DNA of 64,000 bases. It comes from a virus. The DNA lies in IMG/VR virus record IMGVR_UViG_3300020202_000066, positions 1 through 64,000 of that record, one strand, 5' to 3'. Both the position numbers and the translations under genes were made by a program. The notes under the pieces are model-generated. The model was not told where the DNA came from. It was given only the letters and a program-made list of their open reading frames with translations, and did not search any database. Shown here piece after piece: positions 38,410 through 45,760 of this stretch (within the stretch, counting starts at the first letter, position 1; each line of letters opens with the position of its first letter).

Positions 38410-38801
38410 GAGATTTCGCGAATATTTTTCGGAAGCCCGCCGGCCCCGCCTGGAACGCTGTCTCGCTGCCGCTGCTGCTCCCGCTTCGCGACCGACGTGA
38501 GCCCCCCGACGCAGCGTCGGAACAGCGCGTCACCGCACACCGACGGACATGCTTCTCACCTGGAGCGCCGCATCCGCTTCGTCCGCTGGACGGCCTCTCC
38601 TACAGGTAGCCGTGCCGCTGGACCAGCGGCCGCCGGGACTCGCGGGGCCACTGCCGGCCGTACCACTTCCGCTTACCACGTACCCATGCCTCGCTCCCGC
38701 CCTCGTTCTGGGCCGTCCTCGCGTTGTGCGCGGCTACGGTGAGTCCAAGGGTCGCGCATCAAGACTTGGCGCGATCTTCGGCTGACACGTGGAGGTCGCG
38801 C

Positions 38802-39131
38802 GTGGGGAACCTGACGGATAGCGGCATGGTGCGGGCGGCGACGTGGATGTGTATCGCGTGCGCCTTGGTCACAGCGTGCCTGGTGGGGTGGCTGGAGTAT
38901 CGCGTCCGAGGGGGACGGCTCGACGCACCAGCGCGCGACGTGGAGTCCGTCCCGCACGATGGACAGGGCGGCGCCGTGCCAGTCCTCCACCGGCCGGAGG
39001 ACTGCCCGGCGAGCTTTCGTCTGCTCTCCCCGTCGATCGCCGCGCCGAGCGACTCGGACGCCTTGGTCTGCTACGGCCTGACGGTCGGCGCGGCGACCTT
39101 CAGCGGCAGCACGGGGATGACGGGGCTGTGA
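38802..39131 (+). CDS. membrane-anchored protein
   Basis: N-terminal TM; coupled to endolysin. Confidence 0.45.
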   Translation: MGNLTDSGMVRAATWMCIACALVTACLVGWLEYRVRGGRLDAPARDVESVPHDGQGGAVPVLHRPEDCPASFRLLSPSIAAPSDSDALVCYGLTVGAATFSGSTGMTGL

Positions 39132-39622
39132 GGGTCGAGGAGCTCCTCAAGAGGGCCCGTTCCCAGATCGGACGGAAGACCATCTACCGCCTCGGGTCCG
39201 GCGGCATGTGCCCCGGGGCCGACCGGCCGACCGGCGATGACGGCGCCTGCGACTGCTCCGGCTTCGTGTGCTGGGCGCTGAGGCTCTGCCGAAACACGAA
39301 CCATCCGTTCTACATGAAGCAGACGGGCGGGTGGATCAACACCAACGCGATGGCGGCTGACATCAAGGCAACCGCCGGGTTCTTCGAGAAGTTGTCGAAG
39401 GCGAAGCCGGGCTGCATTGTGGTGTACCCGGGCGGTATCCCTGGTCACAAGATCGGGCATGTCGGCATCGTCGCGTCTGTCTCCGGCGGCCGGCCAGGCA
39501 CCGTGATCCACTGCAGCTCCGGCAACTTCCGGACTCACGGTGACGCGATACGGGAGACCGGGCCCGAGGTCTTCGACACCCCGCACTCTCTGTTCGGCTG
39601 GTACTCCGGTCTCGAGGGGTGA
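39128..39622 (+). CDS. NlpC/P60-CHAP family peptidoglycan hydrolase (endolysin)
   Basis: CDCSGFVCW..GHVGIV..VIHCS; start GTG 39128. Confidence 0.8.
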   Translation: MRVEELLKRARSQIGRKTIYRLGSGGMCPGADRPTGDDGACDCSGFVCWALRLCRNTNHPFYMKQTGGWINTNAMAADIKATAGFFEKLSKAKPGCIVVYPGGIPGHKIGHVGIVASVSGGRPGTVIHCSSGNFRTHGDAIRETGPEVFDTPHSLFGWYSGLEG

Positions 39623-39688
39623 CCGTGCCCCGACTCGCTGCCGCGGCCGTGCAGGTGAACGCGGACTGCGGCAGCGCGGCGCGCTGAG

Positions 39689-39877
39689 ATGTTGATGCCC
39701 CGAGGACTTCCGCCCCGCCCGATCACAGTCCGATCCCTCGTCCGGCTCAAGGGCGGTGGCCCGCTGATGGTGGTCCACGTGCTGATCCACAAGCGGGCGC
39801 ACTGCCTCTGGCTCGCGGACGGTCGTACGCACGCTCGGTGGTTCCCGCTCGTCGCGCTCGAGCTCGAACGTGACTGA
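39689..39877 (+). CDS. YodC/DUF2158-like small protein
   Basis: VRLKGGGPLMVV..CLW..WFP..L. Confidence 0.6.
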   Translation: MLMPRGLPPRPITVRSLVRLKGGGPLMVVHVLIHKRAHCLWLADGRTHARWFPLVALELERD

Positions 39878-40775
39878 CGCTAGCGTCAGAGCGGCTATGC
39901 TCTCCCGCATGAAGTTCCCCGCCATCCACTCTCAGGTGCATCACACCGCTGCCGGGACGCCGTACCTCCGCGAGCCCGGTATTGTGCTGATCGCGCAGCC
40001 GCAGGTCGACCTCTCAGGGCTCCGCGGATTCCTGGAGGGCTTCGATCCGGAGCTCGAGTTCCCCGCCTACCTGGACGACCCCGTGCAGCTGCCGCCGGCG
40101 GAGCAGCTCGTGAAGGTCGCTGGCCAGCTGTGCTATGCGTCCTTCGGGCCGAAGCGCACTCTGAACGAGCGGGCGCAGGCTTACCTGGACCACATCAAAG
40201 AGTCAGGTCACGGTTCCGTGTGCGAGCACGCGAACTTCACCTTCCTTCTGTACGGAGTTGATCGGGCTCTGACGCACGAGCTGGTCCGGCATCGAGCTGG
40301 CGTCGCGATCTCGCAGCTGAGCCAGCGATTCGTGGATGGGAAGGTTCTGCGTTTCGTGGAGCGGCCGGAGTACCAGGGCCATCCGCATCTGCACGAGCGC
40401 TTCGAGCTCTGGATCGATCTGGCCGCCGAGGAGTACCGGATCCGCACCGAGATCCTGCTCGAGCTCCAAGGCGACGGAGTCGAGCTTCTGTCGGACGAGG
40501 ACCGCACGGGGCGACGGAAGAAGGTTCAGCAGGCGTCGCGATCCTGTCTGCCGAACGAGACGGAAGCCCCCATCATCATCACGCCGAACGCGCGAGCGCT
40601 TCGCCACATCATCGAGATGAGAGGGGCGGGCGCGGCCGACATCCCGATCCGGCTCGCGGCAATGGGGATGCTGGAGGTCATGCAGCAGTTGGCCCCGATG
40701 CTGTTCTCCGACTACGACGTTGTGCAGCACACGGACGGCACGCAGGTCGCATCGACCAAGTGGCGCAAGGTCTAG
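39870..40775 (+). CDS. thyX: FAD-dependent thymidylate synthase
   Basis: GHGSVCEH, THELVRHR-x7-SQRF, RSCLPN, NARALRH. Confidence 0.92.
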   Translation: MTDASVRAAMLSRMKFPAIHSQVHHTAAGTPYLREPGIVLIAQPQVDLSGLRGFLEGFDPELEFPAYLDDPVQLPPAEQLVKVAGQLCYASFGPKRTLNERAQAYLDHIKESGHGSVCEHANFTFLLYGVDRALTHELVRHRAGVAISQLSQRFVDGKVLRFVERPEYQGHPHLHERFELWIDLAAEEYRIRTEILLELQGDGVELLSDEDRTGRRKKVQQASRSCLPNETEAPIIITPNARALRHIIEMRGAGAADIPIRLAAMGMLEVMQQLAPMLFSDYDVVQHTDGTQVASTKWRKV

Positions 40776-40792
40776 GGCCCCGATCGAGGCCA

Positions 40793-41107
40793 TCACCAGT
40801 GCGGGTGCTTTCTCTTGGCTCGTCGGCGTCGGCGAGCGCGCGCTTCGGGCGACTGAGACGCCGGCGGCGCGCCAGAAGGGAAGGGGGGCAGCCTGCGAGG
40901 CTCGGGCTCTCGGGGTGCGCCGACGAGCGAAGGAGGCAGGACGCCAAGTGCGATCGCGGCCAGGATCAGCTGCGTAGATGGCGGAAGCGGCGGCGAAGGC
41001 CTGATCAAGGTCGTCTGGCCGGGGATGCTTTCGGCGACGAGCTGGCAGTCGCACGGAGACACCACGTGGCCGCAGACGAGCACCATGTTCTCCGCTTCGT
41101 CGTTCAT
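40793..41107 (-). CDS. hypothetical protein
   Basis: Coupled ORF. Confidence 0.4.
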   Translation of the reverse strand: MNDEAENMVLVCGHVVSPCDCQLVAESIPGQTTLIRPSPPLPPSTQLILAAIALGVLPPSLVGAPREPEPRRLPPFPSGAPPASQSPEARARRRRRAKRKHPHW

Positions 41108-41472
41108 TCTGCACTCCCGCTCTCGATGTCCAGCCGGCGCGCGATCGCCTCAGCCTTCTCCTCCTCGCGCTCGTAGCGGTAGTCGATCCAGCGGAGGCGG
41201 ATGGACGCAAGCGCCGACGGGATCATCGAGACGAACAGCAGCGCAAACACGAGCGGCTGCGACACGCCGAGGAAGACCAGTCCGAGCGCCGCTCCTGCCA
41301 GCCAGCGTTCCGCCTTCTCCCTCAGTGACCGCCGCTGCTCACGGTGGCGGTCACGGCGCCGCACTTGGGCGACGGCCAACTTCACCAGGGCCGAGCCGCT
41401 TCGGTCGACATTCAGATCTTGGCTCGGGGGCGCGGGGATCACGCCGTGCTCGAAGCTCACCGGCCCCACCAC
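41104..41472 (-). CDS. membrane protein
   Basis: Two hydrophobic segments. Confidence 0.5.
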   Translation of the reverse strand: MVGPVSFEHGVIPAPPSQDLNVDRSGSALVKLAVAQVRRRDRHREQRRSLREKAERWLAGAALGLVFLGVSQPLVFALLFVSMIPSALASIRLRWIDYRYEREEEKAEAIARRLDIESGSAE

Positions 41473-41639
41473 CCGTCATCGGAGGGGATCTCCGGCAGGG
41501 CGGTAGCGATGAACAGTCCCGCTGCCGCGGCGCCCGCTACAGCGCAGGCGAGCTCCCTGGCAGGGCCGGCCTCAAGAAGCGCGTAGCTGCAGGTGGCCGC
41601 GCACAGGATGCACCCGAGGAGAAAGCTGATCGGGTTCAT
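41457..41639 (-). CDS. small 2-TM protein
   Basis: GGAGG RBS, hydrophobic. Confidence 0.55.
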   Translation of the reverse strand: MNPISFLLGCILCAATCSYALLEAGPARELACAVAGAAAAGLFIATALPEIPSDDGWWGR

Positions 41640-41685
41640 GGGTCCTCCCTTCTCGGGAGAACCCTAGCCGCGATCGAGAGGAGTT

Positions 41686-42150
41686 CTAGGGCTCGGGCGC
41701 GATCTCACTCCGGGCAGGTTCGCGCTCCGCCCCGGTCTCGGTCGAGCCGTCGGGGAACACCACGATGCAGGGAACGCCGCTTTTCCGGGCGAAATCGATC
41801 GTGTACCACGTACCGCCGCGAGCCTGGTGCGTGGACTCGCGCGGGCAGCCGATGATGAGGTCGACACTCCGCACGATCGCCCGATTCCGAGCGAAGTGAG
41901 TGGCTGGAGGGGCGACCTCATCGTTGAAGGAGAAGCAACCCTGCCATGGGTCGCCGTCGGGACCGGGCATGGAGTGGATCCGCGGGCGCGGCTGCATCTT
42001 GTCCGCGATGGCGGCTACCTCGACGTCGACGCCGCTGCACTGCCCGTGGACGAACAGTGCCGGGCGGTGCTCCTGAAGGAGGTCGAGCACGCGCTCGCGC
42101 TGCGCAGGCGTCATCCCGTAGCGGGTTCCGGTGATTCCGATTCGGGTCAT
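41686..42150 (-). CDS. SLOG/YspA-like nucleotide-binding protein
   Basis: IGITGTR..HGQCSGVD..RNRAIV..GGTWYTI. Confidence 0.75.
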   Translation of the reverse strand: MTRIGITGTRYGMTPAQRERVLDLLQEHRPALFVHGQCSGVDVEVAAIADKMQPRPRIHSMPGPDGDPWQGCFSFNDEVAPPATHFARNRAIVRSVDLIIGCPRESTHQARGGTWYTIDFARKSGVPCIVVFPDGSTETGAEREPARSEIAPEP

Positions 42151-42199
42151 CGCTGCTACCTCGCGATCTTGGTTTCGAGAGATCACGATAGCATGTCGT

Positions 42200-42409
42200 T
42201 CAGGTGGCGGTCGCTGGCCTTGGACGGCCGACGCGCTTGCACGTCACCTTGAACTTCCGGAACTCCTGGATGCTCAGCAGCTCTGGCGCGGCCGCGGAGA
42301 GGTACACGATCAGCACGTCTCCGGCGCCGACACCCACCGAGACCAGCCCACGAGTGCCGGACTTGTCCAGGCTGGCGTAGAGTTCACGTGCGGCGGTGGC
42401 GGCCGTCAT
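42200..42409 (-). CDS. hypothetical protein
   Basis: Short ORF after last tRNA; GLVSVGVG..LIVYL. Confidence 0.4.
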   Translation of the reverse strand: MTAATAARELYASLDKSGTRGLVSVGVGAGDVLIVYLSAAAPELLSIQEFRKFKVTCKRVGRPRPATAT

Positions 42410-42448
42410 AGCTCGAAGCGTACCAGCTCTGGCGGCAAGCGAACGCGA

Positions 42449-42530
42449 TGGGGCCGTGCCGAATCGAACGGCCAAGCGCGGCGGCATCTGCTCTACAGGC
42501 AGACGGTGGATCCCACTCCCCAGCAGCCCC
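42449..42530 (-). tRNA. tRNA-Tyr(GUA)
   Basis: TCTGC-CTGTAGA-GCAGA, long variable arm, GTTCGA. Confidence 0.85.
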
Positions 42531-42541
42531 GGGAACCGAAG

Positions 42542-42616
42542 TACCGCCAGCGGGATTCGAACCCGCACTGTCACGACTCTCGATCGTGTGCCTCTGCCAG
42601 GTTGGGCTACGGCGGC
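42542..42616 (-). tRNA. tRNA-Leu(GAG), short variable arm, C33
   Basis: CACGA-TCGAGAG-TCGTG. Confidence 0.8.
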
Positions 42617-42623
42617 AAGAAAG

Positions 42624-42707
42624 TACCCGGGGTGGGAGTCGAACCCACAAATGGACTCGCGTCCGCTGGGTCTGAGCCAGCTGGCTATCCCGTTCGCCTA
42701 CCCGGGC
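42624..42707 (-). tRNA. tRNA-Leu(CAG)
   Basis: GCTGG-CTCAGAC-CCAGC, long variable arm. Confidence 0.9.
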
Positions 42708-42723
42708 AAGATGAACCGCACCA

Positions 42724-42796
42724 TGCCGACCCGCGGGATCGCACCGCGTTCTCCCGCTCTTCAGGCGGGCGTGAGGACTACCTTCACCAGATCGGC
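42724..42796 (-). tRNA. tRNA-Phe(GAA)
   Basis: CCCGC-CTGAAGA-GCGGG; T-loop TGCGA. Confidence 0.85.
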
Positions 42797-42807
42797 GAGA
42801 GATCGCG

Positions 42808-42881
42808 TGCCCGCCCCGGGATTCGAACCCGGAACCTTCCGCTTTTGAGACGGATGCCTCTACCGGTTGGACCAGGCGGGC
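42808..42881 (-). tRNA. tRNA-Leu(CAA), short variable arm
   Basis: TCCGT-CTCAAAA-GCGGA. Confidence 0.85.
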
Positions 42882-42886
42882 GAGAG

Positions 42887-42957
42887 CAGGCCCTGACGGA
42901 TTCGAACCGCCACCCGACGGGTTGGAGCCGTCGATGCTGCCGTTACACCAAGGACCT
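42887..42957 (-). tRNA. tRNA-Trp(CCA)
   Basis: GACGG-CTCCAAC-CCGTC. Confidence 0.9.
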
Positions 42958-42973
42958 GAGTGGGGAGTGCAGC

Positions 42974-43049
42974 TGGCTCCGGGAGCAGGGATCGAACCTG
43001 CGGCGGACCGGTTAACAGCCGGCTGCTCTGCCAACTGAGCTATCCCGGA
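42974..43049 (-). tRNA. tRNA-Asn(GUU)
   Basis: Loop CTGTTAA; encoded CCA. Confidence 0.92.
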
Positions 43050-43055
43050 GCGAGC

Positions 43056-43127
43056 TGGTTGCGGGCCCGGGTGTCGATCCCGGCATTCCAGGCTTATGAG
43101 GCCCGGCTGATCGCCGAATCGCCCGCA
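43056..43127 (-). tRNA. tRNA-Met(CAU), initiator-like, reduced D-arm
   Basis: CGGGC-CTCATAA-GCCTG; ends CCCGCAACCA. Confidence 0.75.
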
Positions 43128-43129
43128 AC

Positions 43130-43390
43130 GAGTTAGGGCTGGGCCGTCAGGCCCCGGGATTGAGAAGGCGCAGAAGGCACCAGGCCCATGCGGGCCCGGT
43201 AAAGAGGGGGAGCCGCCACAAGTGCGGCCGTGCAGCGGGATAACGCCGAGGGACGGACGTGGTGGTCGGGAGCGCAGCACCGACCGCGGGCGCTGCCGGG
43301 CGGATCGAATGCTGTCCAGTCATCGGTGGCTCCTCGGGGCACGTCAGGCCCTCGGGGTCGACGTAGGATCCGACGGCGGCGGTGGGTGCA
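43130..43390 (-). ncRNA. unidentified structured RNA spacer (~260 nt)
   Basis: Long-range helices CCGAGGG/CCCTCGG and GACGTG/CACGTC, several hairpins, no RBS-led ORF. Confidence 0.5.
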
Positions 43391-43394
43391 ATAA

Positions 43395-43465
43395 AGGCCC
43401 CAGAGAGAATCGAACTCTCGCCACCGGGTTACAAAGCCGGCGCTCGACCTTCGAGCTATGAGGCC
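43395..43465 (-). tRNA. tRNA-Thr(UGU)
   Basis: Loop TTTGTAA with C-C mismatch at stem base. Confidence 0.8.
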
Positions 43466-43469
43466 GAAG

Positions 43470-43541
43470 AGCCCTGACGGCGGATCGAACGCCGGTCTGC
43501 TGCTTACGAAACAGCCATCCTACCAACTGGACGATCAGGGC
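43470..43541 (-). tRNA. tRNA-Thr(CGU)
   Basis: GCTGT-TTCGTAA-GCAGC. Confidence 0.9.
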
Positions 43542-43544
43542 TGA

Positions 43545-43616
43545 AGCTCTCGCCGGGGGTCGAACCCGGGTTTCGGTCTTACCAAGACCGCGTGCTACCA
43601 GCTGCACCACGGGAGC
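43545..43616 (-). tRNA. tRNA-Thr(GGU)
   Basis: CGGTC-TTGGTAA-GACCG. Confidence 0.9.
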
Positions 43617-43620
43617 GGAG

Positions 43621-43692
43621 TGCGGGTCGAGCGAGTCGAACGCTCTCATCCAGTTTGGAAGACTGGCATGCAACCACCAACATCTGGCCCGC
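43621..43692 (-). tRNA. tRNA-Gly(UCC)
   Basis: CCAGT-CTTCCAA-ACTGG. Confidence 0.88.
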
Positions 43693-43702
43693 ATGAAACT
43701 GA

Positions 43703-43775
43703 AGTGCCCGGCGGGGCTCGAACCCGCGACCTCCTCGTTGGCAACGAGGCGTTCCGCCAACCGAACTCCGAGCAC
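43703..43775 (-). tRNA. tRNA-Gly(GCC)
   Basis: CCTCG-TTGCCAA-CGAGG. Confidence 0.88.
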
Positions 43776-43779
43776 AGGA

Positions 43780-43852
43780 TGTGGCGAGAGGGAGTCGAAC
43801 CCTCGTGACCGGATTCACAGCCCGGCGCCTGTACCGCTCGGCCATCGCCACC
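43780..43852 (-). tRNA. tRNA-His(GUG)
   Basis: CCGGG-CTGTGAA-TCCGG; G-1 encoded, A73. Confidence 0.88.
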
Positions 43853-43870
43853 ACGATCAGCACTCGAACC

Positions 43871-43947
43871 TGGCGAACATGATGGGACTCGCACCCACTT
43901 TCTCCGGCGTGACGGGCCGGCGTCTCGACTGCTTCGACCTCATGTCC
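43871..43947 (-). tRNA. tRNA-Asp(GUC), C33
   Basis: CCGGC-CCGTCAC-GCCGG; T-loop TGCGA; CCA encoded. Confidence 0.82.
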
Positions 43948-43951
43948 GTAG

Positions 43952-44025
43952 TTCGCCCGGAGGGACTCGAACCCCCGAAATGGCTGGGTGTAGGCCAGCT
44001 GCCTTTGCCGCTTGGCGACGGGCGA
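43952..44025 (-). tRNA. tRNA-Val(UAC), C33
   Basis: GCTGG-CCTACAC-CCAGC. Confidence 0.82.
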
Positions 44026-44030
44026 ATGGA

Positions 44031-44101
44031 TGGAGCTCCAGGGAATCGAACCCTGATCTGCCGGGTGCAAGCCGACCGTCCTCCCGTTGAACGAGAGCCC
44101 C
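44031..44101 (-). tRNA. tRNA-Ala(UGC)
   Basis: GTCGG-CTTGCAC-CCGGC; G3-U70. Confidence 0.92.
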
Positions 44102-44140
44102 AGAAAGAGAAACCCCCGGGCCAGGTGAGTGGTCCGGGGG
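44102..44140 (-). terminator. intrinsic terminator of attenuator 1
   Basis: CCCCCGGACCA-ctcacc-TGGCCCGGGGG-TTTCTCTTTCT directly before tRNA-Ala. Confidence 0.85.
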
Positions 44141-44165
44141 CCTTGAGCGCGCTCTTCAGTTCGCG

Positions 44166-44243
44166 CTACAGGGCGGACCACCCGCCGGCATCGACGCCGG
44201 CCGCGTGTGCGGTCGTCCCTGTGTGCACAGTGAAGAGCAGCAT
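44166..44243 (-). CDS. leader peptide 1 MLLFTVHTGTTAHAAGVDAGGWSAL
   Basis: ATAGGAG-N6-ATG; 25 codons; followed by terminator; not in ORF track. Confidence 0.8.
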   Translation of the reverse strand: MLLFTVHTGTTAHAAGVDAGGWSAL

Positions 44244-44282
44244 GGTCGTCTCCTATCACGGTCGTGGCTATCGCGGTGCAAG

Positions 44283-44354
44283 TCCTCGCGGAGAGATTCG
44301 AACTCCCAGCCGTCTGGTTCGAAGCCAGCCGCTCTTCCGCTGAGCTACGCGAGG
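44283..44354 (-). tRNA. tRNA-Arg(UCG)
   Basis: Loop CTTCGAA. Confidence 0.88.
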
Positions 44355-44358
44355 ATGA

Positions 44359-44431
44359 TGTACCCGGCAAGGCTCGAACTTGCGGCCGCCCTGGTAGGAA
44401 CAGGGTGCTCCTCCGACTGAGCTACGGATGC
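44359..44431 (-). tRNA. tRNA-Arg(CCU)
   Basis: CCCTG-TTCCTAC-CAGGG. Confidence 0.85.
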
Positions 44432-44450
44432 AGGAGCCACACACGGGAAC

Positions 44451-44528
44451 TGGTCTGCGCGGAGGGACTCGAACCCCCGGTCTCCTGCTCCCAAGGCAGG
44501 CGCTTTCGCCAGGCTAAGCTACGCGCAG
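44451..44528 (-). tRNA. tRNA-Pro(UGG)
   Basis: CCTGC-CTTGGGA-GCAGG; CCA encoded. Confidence 0.9.
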
Positions 44529-44531
44529 AGA

Positions 44532-44602
44532 TGCACCCACGTGGAATCGAACCACGGGCTCGGTCTTCGGAGGACCGCATCCTTCCTCTGGACGATGGGT
44601 GC
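44532..44602 (-). tRNA. tRNA-Arg(CCG)
   Basis: CGGTC-CTCCGAA-GACCG. Confidence 0.88.
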
Positions 44603-44606
44603 TGCT

Positions 44607-44677
44607 TGGTGCCTCTGTCGGGAGTCGAACCCGATGGGCAGCCTTCGCAGGGCTGCCTCCAATCCCCTGGCAGAAGC
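44607..44677 (-). tRNA. tRNA-Arg(GCG), reduced D-arm
   Basis: CAGCC-CTGCGAA-GGCTG; CCA encoded. Confidence 0.75.
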
Positions 44678-44684
44678 ACGGAAG

Positions 44685-44756
44685 TAGGCCGTCGTGGTGC
44701 TGCCCCACGCTCCTCCGACTTATAAGGTCGGCGCTCTGCTGATGAGCTAACGGCCC
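44685..44756 (-). tRNA. tRNA-Ile(UAU)
   Basis: CCGAC-CTTATAA-GTCGG; atypical T-loop GGCAGCA. Confidence 0.8.
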
Positions 44757-44759
44757 AGA

Positions 44760-44900
44760 TGGCCGGGAAGCGTGGAGCTATATACGCCGTCGGGGAGACG
44801 GCACCGGGGGTGGGCAGAATGGTCGCCTCGGGGCGAAGCTGGTGAGTGCGATGTGGGCGACCATGGTCCAGCGTAGCGCGCACGCGCGGTGGCTGGTGCA
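44760..44900 (-). ncRNA. unidentified structured spacer (~140 nt)
   Basis: 9-bp helix ATGGTCGCC/GGCGACCAT and hairpin GCCGTC/GACGGC. Confidence 0.35.
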
Positions 44901-44905
44901 GATGA

Positions 44906-44992
44906 CGGAGAGCCAGAGACTCGAACTCTGACGCGGTGAACCGCCCGCCGGGTAGCAACCGGGGCCCGATACCAGTTACGGGATAGCTCTCC
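44906..44992 (-). tRNA. tRNA-Ser(GCU)
   Basis: Loop TTGCTAC, long variable arm, G73. Confidence 0.88.
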
Positions 44993-45000
44993 AGGAACAG

Positions 45001-45081
45001 AGGAGGGCGGAGGTGTCGATCCCCGAGCCCGAAGGCCCCACCGTTTTCAAGACGGCTTGCCGCGCCGGCGGCGCGCCCTCC
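45001..45081 (-). tRNA. tRNA-Ser(UGA)
   Basis: GCCGT-CTTGAAA-ACGGT, long variable arm. Confidence 0.82.
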
Positions 45082-45095
45082 AGGAACAACACCAG

Positions 45096-45165
45096 AACGC
45101 TGGCCGGGAATCGAACCCGGGCCGGTACCTTTGCAGGGCACCTCCGCGCCACGCGAATCCAGCGC
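45096..45165 (-). tRNA. tRNA-Cys(GCA)
   Basis: GTGCC-CTGCAAA-GGTAC; U73; reduced D-arm. Confidence 0.8.
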
Positions 45166-45205
45166 AAAGAGAAAGCCCCCGGCGGTCCTGTGACTGCCGG
45201 GGGCT
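45166..45205 (-). terminator. intrinsic terminator of attenuator 2
   Basis: AGCCCCCGGCAGTC-acag-GACCGCCGGGGGCT-TTCTCTTT directly before tRNA-Cys. Confidence 0.88.
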
Positions 45206-45223
45206 CTCGATCCTGCGTCGTCG

Positions 45224-45292
45224 TCAGGGCGTCGAGACTCCCGGCCAGCCGGCGCCGCGGGAACTCGACGAACAGGTGACGATGCGGATCAT
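45224..45292 (-). CDS. leader peptide 2 MIRIVTCSSSSRGAGWPGVSTP
   Basis: ATAGGAG-N6-ATG; 22 codons; followed by terminator; not in ORF track. Confidence 0.8.
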   Translation of the reverse strand: MIRIVTCSSSSRGAGWPGVSTP

Positions 45293-45368
45293 GGTCTGCT
45301 CCTATCCGCGTCGGGACGCGGTGGGTGCACGCTCGGGCGATCGAAGGAGGTTCACGGGGGGGAAGAGG

Positions 45369-45671
45369 CTAGACGCCGACGGAGACGACCTTTCCCAGGA
45401 TCGCGGTCCGCTTGACCCAACCGTTGATGCGGCCGATGTTGTTCCCGATGAGAGCTCGGTCTCCCTGCAGCTGCTTGACCAGATGCAAGAGGAATCCTCC
45501 ACGCCAGCGGACGAACACCGCGTCTCCGACCGCTACGGCCATGGGATCGACCGGCGCGATGGTCACGAGCTCGCCGCTCTCGATCCGGCCGCGCATCGAC
45601 CCCCCGAGCGGACGAACCTTCGCGACTCGACCAGCAGAGATCTCCCGCAGCGCATCCGATGCCCAGCCCAT
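45369..45671 (-). CDS. small S24/S26 peptidase-fold protein inside the tRNA array
   Basis: GGSMRGRIESG..GDAVFV..HLV..IGNN.GRINGW; GGAGGAG RBS. Confidence 0.75.
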   Translation of the reverse strand: MGWASDALREISAGRVAKVRPLGGSMRGRIESGELVTIAPVDPMAVAVGDAVFVRWRGGFLLHLVKQLQGDRALIGNNIGRINGWVKRTAILGKVVSVGV

Positions 45672-45760
45672 CGCCTGACTCCTCCGGCGACCTTCGTGCG
45701 GCCGCCACCGATGCCGGGCGAGTAGGTCGCGCGCTGCGATTCGGGTGCGCGGATCTCGAG

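Noticed and set aside
43395-43465. Thr(UGU) as a Cys-identity mistranslator (GGC acceptor, U73)
   Set aside because: Neighbouring Thr tRNAs also have U73 and it clusters with them; evidence too weak.
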